Below, piece after piece: positions 19,885 to 27,287 of a stretch of 64,000 bases of DNA. How positions within the stretch are numbered: position 1 is the stretch's first letter; each line of letters opens with the position of its first letter. The DNA lies in NCBI GenBank assembly GCA_965222435.1, contig OZ244950.1, positions 6,688,785 through 6,752,784 of the forward strand, in the 5' to 3' direction. Source of the DNA: Candidatus Poribacteria bacterium (GTDB lineage: Bacteria; Poribacteria; WGA-4E; PCPOR2b). Position numbers and translations under genes: made by a program. The notes beneath the pieces were generated by a model. The model ran no database searches. It was not told the DNA's origin and saw only the letters and a program-made list of their open reading frames with translations.

Positions 19885-19967
19885 ACTCTGCGGTCATCTG
19901 AATCAAACGATTCTTGTCAAAAAACTCGGTTCCTGTTGTGCGATTTTTGAACATAATCAGAGGGGCG

Positions 19968-20345
19968 TTAAGACGATTCCAGAAGTGTCTTGATGTACTC
20001 TTCAATCCTCACCGCATGATTGACTAGCCTTGTGACCTCTTGAGGTTCGTGAGTATCCTCCTCATATCGTGCCTGTATGCTCGCCATGTATAGTGCAGAA
20101 TACTCTCTGCGTATACGTCCAAGATGGTTCTGGACCTGTTGACCTCTTGTCTTGTGCCTTTTATCGTGCCCTTCGCGGTCAATCCCCTGTTTTGCAAAAT
20201 AAGCATCAACGGCGTGTAAAGCTTTGTAGAAAGCGAGCGTTACAATCCAATCACCATGTTGAGGCCTATTTTGAGATTGTTGAAGATCGGAAAGGGCAAG
20301 TTGTGTTCTGTTTTGCTTATCTATATGTGCTTCCGCTGTTGGCAT
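19968..20345 (-). CDS. HEPN-domain protein (putative toxin/RNase)
   Basis: 'DWIVTLAFYKALHAVDAYF...H..R' and 'Y..LY..S..ARYE', a HEPN-like pattern; start set at ATG 20345. Confidence 0.6.
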   Translation of the reverse strand: MPTAEAHIDKQNRTQLALSDLQQSQNRPQHGDWIVTLAFYKALHAVDAYFAKQGIDREGHDKRHKTRGQQVQNHLGRIRREYSALYMASIQARYEEDTHEPQEVTRLVNHAVRIEEYIKTLLESS

Positions 20346-20431
20346 GTGGGTAATTCCTGTTTTCATCCCTCCTCAACAGGGAGTTTAGAAGGAATCGGGG
20401 AATATAGAGAGGCTAGGGTCTAGGTAAAAGT

Positions 20432-21016
20432 TTAATAAAAACGGTCAAAATCGTCCAGTTCAAGATCCTTTTCTGAGCGTTTATATTCTACATGAAAATA
20501 CAGCGGGCGAAATTTCAGATTTATCTCCAGGTCAATTCCAGCTAACTGCTCAATTCGATCCACAGAATATTCTGAAATTACAATTATCACATCTGCGTCC
20601 TTGCCATTAATTTTTATGTAACCTTCTTGGACATAAGGGATTTTTTCCAATCTCTCTTTATAAAGTTGTTTCAGTTCTTGCCAAGCCGGGGGTTCAACCT
20701 CCTGAATAATCTGTTTGAGGAACTTATATTCCTGAGATTTTGCAGCACTTCCCCCCAATTCCTCATAACGGGCAACAATTTTTTCACACAAGTCTGATAC
20801 TGCCGCTTTCACGCTGTCACCCATGCCACATAGCTCGATATCATCGTAGGTAGCGGTCACAGTATCATCCGCTCTTTCGATTAAGATCGGGATTGGCTGG
20901 CGCAATTGGTAAGAGGGATGTCGAAGATTTTGGACCCAACGGGTTTCAGGAAGTTGACGAAACTCTGAACGAATTATTTCCTTTACTTGTAAAGGTTTCA
21001 AATCCTCAAGTGTCAC
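20432..21016 (-). CDS. Putative antitoxin: HicB-like N-terminal module plus a degenerate MNT-like C-terminus
   Basis: 'TVTATYDDIELCGMGDSVKAAVSDL' (HicB-like) and 'DVIIVISEYS...I..KF..LYFHVEY'; lies directly upstream of the HEPN gene. Confidence 0.45.
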   Translation of the reverse strand: MTLEDLKPLQVKEIIRSEFRQLPETRWVQNLRHPSYQLRQPIPILIERADDTVTATYDDIELCGMGDSVKAAVSDLCEKIVARYEELGGSAAKSQEYKFLKQIIQEVEPPAWQELKQLYKERLEKIPYVQEGYIKINGKDADVIIVISEYSVDRIEQLAGIDLEINLKFRPLYFHVEYKRSEKDLELDDFDRFY

Positions 21017-21083
21017 TGTTGCCTCCTAATTATGATTCATCTCGCCACTGTATGCGGCTTTAGAGCAGAGGTTGAGGTGCCTG

Positions 21084-21677
21084 CTATGGCCAATCCAGAG
21101 GACGGCCGCAGTAGCCCGTATCGTTGAGACTGCGAACCCAAGCAATCAATTCTGTAACAGCATCTTCTAGAAAATTACACTTATGCCCCCGCCAATTATA
21201 GCAAAAATTAACCCCGCAAAACATAGGAAGTCTTGGTCCGCCTTCCCCCCAGTAAATGAAATCATCGCTGACTAGGACTCGGTCTACCTGTGTGTCATGG
21301 CACATGTTATTATGATTCGGAGTTCCATCACCATGGCTGTGATGAGAATCTATCTGGCACCATTCATTTGAGACAGGAACCGTATAATAAATGTTGTCGC
21401 CGAAGGCTTTTTTTAGACTAGCATACATATCAGGACGTTTGTTAAAAAAACGAGGATCATTCCAGTATTCATCAAACGAAATTGTCTCGGTCACACGCAT
21501 GGCGTAGACAAGATATCCATTCCGTTGTTTGGTTTTTGACCCGGTGCCAATGACCCAGTCGCCACCTGAGGCGGTCTTGCGAATTTTGGGTTTGCAAGTT
21601 GCTAGTGTGCAGAAGCCATAGAATGGGTTCGGAGCGAAGCCGAAGTCTCTTGCCACTATGTATGAATATAGTTTCAC
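21084..21677 (-). CDS. Nmad2 (nucleotide modification associated domain 2) protein
   Basis: Signature 'LYSY.VARDFGFAPNPF.G.CTLATCKP.IR..A..GDWV.G', 'GDNIY', 'VLVSDDFIYWG'. Confidence 0.8.
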   Translation of the reverse strand: MKLYSYIVARDFGFAPNPFYGFCTLATCKPKIRKTASGGDWVIGTGSKTKQRNGYLVYAMRVTETISFDEYWNDPRFFNKRPDMYASLKKAFGDNIYYTVPVSNEWCQIDSHHSHGDGTPNHNNMCHDTQVDRVLVSDDFIYWGEGGPRLPMFCGVNFCYNWRGHKCNFLEDAVTELIAWVRSLNDTGYCGRPLDWP

Positions 21678-21698
21678 GGTCCGATAGCCCCCTTACAC

Positions 21699-22172
21699 CT
21701 AACAAGAATGTCGCTTAATGATACGAGACCCCTGTCTTGATCCATCAGGTTGGTGCCACGCGTTGGATTCGCCGTTGATAGCGTCTATGATGCTCTCCCC
21801 GTTCCATCCTACAACTGCGTCGGCATAGTCTTCGAGGGCTTTCGGTAGTTCGCAATCTTTTGCCCCCTGTTCCCATACTCCAACTATTCTTTTTCCTTGC
21901 TTCTGTGCGTACTCGATTTCCCAATTCACCCACCAACTGTGTTTTGTATCCGGGGATACATAGACAACGAGCACACTTGCCCACTTTATACGTGGGGCAA
22001 GTATCTGGTACTTTATGTAGTTTTCAGCCTCGGCCGAGTTGGGACTGTCAGAAGTGACGGAGTCGTTTCGGACAGCCATCCCGTGTTCACCTGCAAGACT
22101 TTTGATTCGATTGATGCCTGCATCATCCTCGTGTATATGACTGATGAAGACGTTCCTGATTTGTTCCGGCAT
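21699..22172 (-). CDS. TIR-like protein (DUF1863/MTH538, Thoeris ThsB-like)
   Basis: 'RNVFISHIHEDD', 'I..RIKWASVLVV.VS..T..SWWVNWEI..A...GKRIVGV' with the catalytic Glu. Confidence 0.85.
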   Translation of the reverse strand: MPEQIRNVFISHIHEDDAGINRIKSLAGEHGMAVRNDSVTSDSPNSAEAENYIKYQILAPRIKWASVLVVYVSPDTKHSWWVNWEIEYAQKQGKRIVGVWEQGAKDCELPKALEDYADAVVGWNGESIIDAINGESNAWHQPDGSRQGSRIIKRHSC

Positions 22173-22175
22173 TGC

Positions 22176-22721
22176 TTACCTATCCTCCTCTGTTTTCTCT
22201 AGGTCTGTCAAGTCTTCCACTTCGGCGATATATGCCAATATACGGTTGTAGTTTTGCAACATCTCCTGCAAATTTTTCAAGTCGTCACGAAATTCCTCTC
22301 GTTTAGCCTCGTAATCGAAAGCACCGGCCAAGGATTCTTTATGCCACTTTGCGGTAAATGGCCGAACGACCTGATTCAGCACAGGTATGGCAACCTTGCT
22401 GAACGCTACAATCTTTCGCCCACGCCGGCGTAGAATTTCACGGGTAGTAGGAAAAAGCGAATATACACTGTCCAAGGCTGTTTGTTCATCTCCCTCTTTG
22501 GATGGTAATGCCTGAGTAGTGATTCTAGTTAGCATCTCAATATACAATTCCCAAGCTGCATCTCTGTCATCATCTTCAAACGATAGTTCAACATCAGCAA
22601 CCTTCAAATCTGTATCTTCGTCGGTCTTTTTGAACGATACTCCGGCTGCCACAACCGCCAAATTCACCTTCAGGTCAATGCGTTCCACCTTAAAGTCTTT
22701 GAATAGCTTCCTAAGATTCAT
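22176..22721 (-). CDS. Conserved helical hypothetical protein, first gene of the TIR-Nmad2 cassette
   Basis: 181 aa, 'DRDAAWELYIEMLTRITTQ...ALDSVYSLFPTTREIL...LNQVVRPFTAKWH'; 3-bp gap to the TIR gene. Confidence 0.7.
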   Translation of the reverse strand: MNLRKLFKDFKVERIDLKVNLAVVAAGVSFKKTDEDTDLKVADVELSFEDDDRDAAWELYIEMLTRITTQALPSKEGDEQTALDSVYSLFPTTREILRRRGRKIVAFSKVAIPVLNQVVRPFTAKWHKESLAGAFDYEAKREEFRDDLKNLQEMLQNYNRILAYIAEVEDLTDLEKTEEDR

Positions 22722-22834
22722 GTTTCAAGTCCTCCTCGAATAATGCAGAATAAGTGCAGAGTAACGTTTTAATGTAACTCTGATACCGGAAACCCGATAG
22801 CATATCAAATCCAACCACATTATGATCTATCTAA

Positions 22835-22928
22835 TACGCTCCGACAAACTCTCCACAATCCCAACCGTCTCCAAATTGACCGCAATGATCTTTCCAATCA
22901 ACTAGACAATGTATCGCGGGTCATTGGC
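22835..22928 (-). repeat. Degenerate copy of the 3' end of the RM gene
   Basis: Translates ANDPRYIV*LIGKIIAVNLETVGIVESLSE versus the RM C-terminus ANDPQYIVRLIGKVIAVSLETVGIVEELPE. Confidence 0.85.
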
Positions 22929-23490
22929 GAAACATATAGGGATATTTTCGATCGAGAGATTCATAGAATTGCTGCGTCGTAGTTGTTATTCGACGCTCTT
23001 TGCGCCAATTTTCTAAGTCTGTCATATCTGTTAGAACAGGCCATTTCCACAGATAAGATGGGAAATCCCGTTTCGTGTAAACAGATGTTAAGACTAAGAA
23101 CGTGCCCAAGTGTAACCCTTTTTCCATAGCGATACCAATTTCCAAAGGAACCCACCAAGAACGAACAGTGTTGTGAGAAACTACGGCGATTAAGCTATCA
23201 CAACACCCAATGATAGTATTTATGTAATCCACCAATTCCGGACCATCACCAGTAATATTAGAATCCAAAACATCCAGATATGCCGTCAATCCAGACTTTG
23301 CCAGTGTCTCTGCCACTTCCTGAGCAATGTATGTGTCATCACTTTTATGAGACACAAAGACATCCAGTTTTTCAACAGAAAGTTTAAGGCGCAACTCATT
23401 TATACGTCTTTCAAAATTATATTCTGTTAGATCTATTGTACTTCTAGTATAATCCCTGTAACCACTAGGGGTATAGATAGCTCGATTCAT
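22921..23490 (-). CDS. Stand-alone TIR domain protein (TIR_2-like)
   Basis: 'DVFVSHKSDD', 'GLTAYLD', 'LIAVVS.NT..SWWVPLEIGIA' with the catalytic Glu; RBS AGGAG. Confidence 0.85.
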   Translation of the reverse strand: MNRAIYTPSGYRDYTRSTIDLTEYNFERRINELRLKLSVEKLDVFVSHKSDDTYIAQEVAETLAKSGLTAYLDVLDSNITGDGPELVDYINTIIGCCDSLIAVVSHNTVRSWWVPLEIGIAMEKGLHLGTFLVLTSVYTKRDFPSYLWKWPVLTDMTDLENWRKERRITTTTQQFYESLDRKYPYMFRQ

Positions 23491-23559
23491 CGTATTTCTC
23501 CTGTCTTTATAGGTTTGTTTTTGCTTTGCTTACCACGAGGGTGTTGCCAGAAAATTTTG

Positions 23560-23615
23560 TAGATTTGACAAGATTTCCACAATCGCCAAACTGACCGCAA
23601 TCGCCTTTCAAATTA
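23560..23615 (-). repeat. Second, more decayed copy of the RM gene 3' end
   Basis: Translates I*KAIAVSL-AIVEILSNL versus IGKVIAVSLETVGIVEELPEL; shares CCAAACTGACCGCAATC and TCCACAATC with 23750-23790. Confidence 0.7.
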
Positions 23616-23716
23616 TCATGTGGATGTGATCAATGTCAGGTTTCTATGGATTCTTCGGCACTGCGGTTAATTTTGTTTTGGAAGCCTTCCCTTAGACGTT
23701 TCTTCATTTCTTGGGT

Positions 23717-26700
23717 TTAATGAGAAGGTGCCCGCAACTCTGGCAGTTCCTCCACAATCCCAACCGTTTCCAAACTGACCGCAATCACCTTACCAATTAG
23801 CCTGACAATATACTGCGGGTCGTTTGCACGGTTCGGGTCGTTGACGATGCCGCTGCGTTTGTCCGTCTTGATGCAATACTGGTTTATCACCCATTCCAAC
23901 GCAGACCGATTCCCAAGCTGATAATCAAACGCCTTCGCGGGTATCCCGTCGAGGGTCAGGAAATCGTTGTACACCAGCTGCGTTTTGTCTTTGGACAGCT
24001 TCATCTTCTCCACACGCCAATCGAGCGGCACTTCACGGTTTTCGATGAATACGAGCTCATATTCGGGTACCGCCTCATAGCCGATGTGGATTTCCCCTAA
24101 CTGTTGCCCTGCTTTAGCAAACCCCCAGAAGTCCGGCGCATGCGGTAGACGCGGCAGATCCCGCTTGAGGTTGGCTTCATATCGATCTCGATAATTGGGG
24201 TGATGTAGGAGACCGTAGACGTAATGGAAGATGTCCCACTTGGTGATTGCCTTGTCTCGGTAATGTGCGCGGAATTGTGCTAACGCCCAATCGGTGATGT
24301 TCTCGCGGCGGTTTGTCCCATCCTCATCGTAGGTATAGAAGGGAAAGCATTGGGTCTTTTCAAATGCCAGATCTATGTCGGGAATCATATTTGTTGTAAG
24401 ACAACCAAAACCTTTTCTATTACCAATACCAGCAACACAAATCACCCGATTTTCCGTTTCCGGTGTAGGGGAGATGGAGGGAAAGACATATACAACATCG
24501 TTCATCATTCTGTCAAAGTAGAGATTCAATTTCGTAAATGGCCGATAGAGGGATATTCTCCCCTTGTGGGCGGCATATTTGGTTGTTCGCTCTCGTTTCA
24601 GCTTCGCCTTTAAGTCGCGACTCCACTTGATTTTCTCGTCATCATAATTCACAAAATCATCAACGTTTGCGTTCTGATTTTCTCGATGTTGCCACTTGAG
24701 GACCTGTTCATTGTAGGTATCAATCATCCCGCTTATGCTTTCAGTTAGAACGTTTCGATTGAAGTTGTACGCCCACGCATCGCGATTAGTTTTAACACCG
24801 TTGCTATAAATCTTAAAAATCACATCCACCGCCTCACCTTTTGCTGCCTTCGCTTTCTTGGTTCCCATCGGGATGAAGGTTTCAAATTCGGCGTGAAGCC
24901 CTTCGGTCAGCCATGTATAACGTGTGTCAGGTTGAATGGTTTGCCAGTCTATATTACCGATGTGTTTGCGTTCATTCAGAAAATCGAATTTCTGTTTTTT
25001 GCTCCATAGATCATCGGTACGATAGTAAAAGATACGGGCAGAGACAGGGCTATCCCCGTGTGGGAGGGGCATCCCTGCCCCGATTATAGTAGGGCGATTT
25101 ATCGCCCGTCCGGTTTTCACAAATAGGTTGATGCTCACACCGACCCGTATCCCGAACACATTGGCATCCGAGACCTTCAATCCCCTCCGGGCATTTCCGC
25201 CTAAGTCCAGAATGTAAACCGCATCGAAATAGTCTGCGAGGTGTTTCCGCATCCCGTCAAACGCCACACCGTCAAGAAAGCTGTTGTTGGTCACAAAGGC
25301 GACAATACCCTCCTCTCCTATCCGGTCCGATGCCCACCGAATTGCCTTCACATAGGAATCGGAGAGTTTATTTTTATTTGTCGCTGCAGAATCTTTCGCA
25401 TAGGTATCCGCAACCCGCGCATCCATCGTTGGGTATTTCCGGTTTTTGTTATTGTCGTTCTCGTTGACCTGACCGACGTTATAGGGTGGATTGCCGATAA
25501 CCACAAACATCGGGGTACCCTTTTGGCTCTCAACACGCTGGGTGTTCTCCGGCGCGAAAAGCGGCAACTGTCGGTCCTCTGCCAATTCAAATGTATCCAC
25601 GAGGCAGATGCCCTCAAAGGAACGATACGTCCCCATTGTCTCATAAAATTCATGCTCAATGTTCATCGACGCGATGTAGTACGGCAGCAACATCACCTCA
25701 TTGCAGTGAAGTTCTGTTGCGTATTTATCCGCAAGCGCGGTTGGGCGAATCTCGCGCATCATCCGCACAATGAAATTGCCAGTTCCCACAAACGGATCGA
25801 TAATGTGGACATCTCTATCCGAAACCGTAGGGGCAGCCCTCGTGGCTGCCCGTTCTCCGTGTCCATTGCCAAATTCGGTCTTTAATATCTGATTCACGCT
25901 TCTCACCATGAAATCGACAATCGGCTGCGGCGTGTAGACCACCCCATGCGTATCGGCGACCTCCACCGAAAAGCCTTGAAAAAACTGCTCGTAGATCGTG
26001 TTGAGGAAACTCTGTTTTTGAGAGAAGTCGTTGATGGTCGCAGCTGCCCGTTCAATTGCGAGGTAAAAACGATCCAGGCTACGGAGAAAATCGTCACGGC
26101 TAAACGCCTGCTCTGTGAGTGTCTTGATAACGGCCTCGATCTCACGGGCGATGATATTGCGATCGGTGAAATCGGGGTTGCTAAACACGGTTCGGAAAAT
26201 CCGCTCGGTCAACAGATGCTGGATCAACATCTCCTCAACCGCCGCTTCGGAGAGGTTGGGATTGATCGATTGGCGACATTTCGCATAAAAATCCTCAAAC
26301 GCGGTGGTAAAGTGGGGGTTGGCAGCCCGTTCATTTTGGATTAGGGTTGCTAAACTGTCTCCAAGTGCAGGCACCTTGTTTTTGAACTGCGAAACCGCCT
26401 CCTCCCATTCGGTGTATTCTTGCGGACGGTGGGAAAAGAAGGTTTCGAGGACCCCTATCAGTTCCATCGGGTCATTCAGATCGACATCAAGTACCTCCTG
26501 ACCATTCTGCCAAAGGATGGCGCGTTGTGGGGTTTGGAAAAGGATGTTGTCGCGGGGGTAGCCTGCCGCAAACTTGCGCTGGACTTGCATTGGCAGGTTG
26601 TCGTGGATATCCTTCGCCTCCCAATAGCCGTGAGGTAATTGGAAATCGTCGATCAATACACCATCAACCACAATCCGCTTGTTTCGATTGACAGTTATCG

Positions 26701-26872
26701 AATGTTCAGGCACCAGGGTCAAGTTAAACTGCCGTGCACAGTATTCAAGCAGGGATTGAAATGCCGATCGGACAGCAGTTTCGTGCGTCACGTCAAGCCG
26801 GTCGAATTGCTTGAGTGCGGCGCGGTAGGCTTTGATTGGTTTGTGGGTGGGTTTGAGGGTAAGGGATGGCAT
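23717..26872 (-). CDS. Single-chain restriction-modification enzyme: nuclease + N6-adenine MTase + Type ISP-like C-terminal TRD, no helicase
   Basis: N-terminal 'VDG...GYWEAKD'; 'HGVVYTP', motif I 'DPFVGTGNF', motif IV 'GNPPY'; 'GVKTNRDAW', 'YRPF', 'Y...L+RDLPR'; start set at ATG 26872. Confidence 0.85.
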   Translation of the reverse strand: MPSLTLKPTHKPIKAYRAALKQFDRLDVTHETAVRSAFQSLLEYCARQFNLTLVPEHSITVNRNKRIVVDGVLIDDFQLPHGYWEAKDIHDNLPMQVQRKFAAGYPRDNILFQTPQRAILWQNGQEVLDVDLNDPMELIGVLETFFSHRPQEYTEWEEAVSQFKNKVPALGDSLATLIQNERAANPHFTTAFEDFYAKCRQSINPNLSEAAVEEMLIQHLLTERIFRTVFSNPDFTDRNIIAREIEAVIKTLTEQAFSRDDFLRSLDRFYLAIERAAATINDFSQKQSFLNTIYEQFFQGFSVEVADTHGVVYTPQPIVDFMVRSVNQILKTEFGNGHGERAATRAAPTVSDRDVHIIDPFVGTGNFIVRMMREIRPTALADKYATELHCNEVMLLPYYIASMNIEHEFYETMGTYRSFEGICLVDTFELAEDRQLPLFAPENTQRVESQKGTPMFVVIGNPPYNVGQVNENDNNKNRKYPTMDARVADTYAKDSAATNKNKLSDSYVKAIRWASDRIGEEGIVAFVTNNSFLDGVAFDGMRKHLADYFDAVYILDLGGNARRGLKVSDANVFGIRVGVSINLFVKTGRAINRPTIIGAGMPLPHGDSPVSARIFYYRTDDLWSKKQKFDFLNERKHIGNIDWQTIQPDTRYTWLTEGLHAEFETFIPMGTKKAKAAKGEAVDVIFKIYSNGVKTNRDAWAYNFNRNVLTESISGMIDTYNEQVLKWQHRENQNANVDDFVNYDDEKIKWSRDLKAKLKRERTTKYAAHKGRISLYRPFTKLNLYFDRMMNDVVYVFPSISPTPETENRVICVAGIGNRKGFGCLTTNMIPDIDLAFEKTQCFPFYTYDEDGTNRRENITDWALAQFRAHYRDKAITKWDIFHYVYGLLHHPNYRDRYEANLKRDLPRLPHAPDFWGFAKAGQQLGEIHIGYEAVPEYELVFIENREVPLDWRVEKMKLSKDKTQLVYNDFLTLDGIPAKAFDYQLGNRSALEWVINQYCIKTDKRSGIVNDPNRANDPQYIVRLIGKVIAVSLETVGIVEELPELRAPSH

Positions 26873-26894
26873 GGTGTAGGTTTCTGCAAATTCT

Positions 26895-27113
26895 TTAATT
26901 CGATAAATCCGCACTTGGGGTTTCTATCTGCTCATAGGACAGATCCGGCAGACTTGCCTGTTGATGGGCATGTTCGATGGTCATTGCCACCAGATTGCCA
27001 AAAGCATCCAGATCGATATAAATATTCTCGTTAATCTCTTTTGTCTCGGTCACTTCACGCTTTGAGAACTCAACTAGGGCAGTATCCGTATCATGAAAAT
27101 ATTTGACTTTCAT
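26895..27113 (-). CDS. DUF2283 family protein (putative antitoxin)
   Basis: 'MKVKYFHDTDTALVEFS....ETKEINENIYIDLD..GNLVAMTIEHA'. Confidence 0.8.
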   Translation of the reverse strand: MKVKYFHDTDTALVEFSKREVTETKEINENIYIDLDAFGNLVAMTIEHAHQQASLPDLSYEQIETPSADLSN

Positions 27114-27160
27114 TGATCCTCTCCTGTGAAACTTCTATCGAAGAAAGCGTTTGGACTGCA
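27110..27160 (-). pseudogene. C-terminal relic of the toxin normally upstream of DUF2283
   Basis: Reads ..NAFFDRSFTGEDQ* with an ATGA overlap into DUF2283; the rest of the gene is absent and REPs lie upstream. Confidence 0.55.
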
Positions 27161-27180
27161 CCTAGTAACATCATTGATCT

Positions 27181-27268
27181 AACGCGCAATAAACGCGCTA
27201 CTACAAACATGCGAGGATTCGTAAGTGACAGGTTTGTAGATGGGCAGGTTAGAAACCTGCCCCTACAG
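27181..27268. repeat. REP cluster at the right edge of the defence island
   Basis: ACGCGCAATAAACGCGCTACTAC and GGGCAGGTTAGAAACCTGCCCCTAC. Confidence 0.65.
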
Positions 27269-27287
27269 AGTGAATTATCTTACCTAT

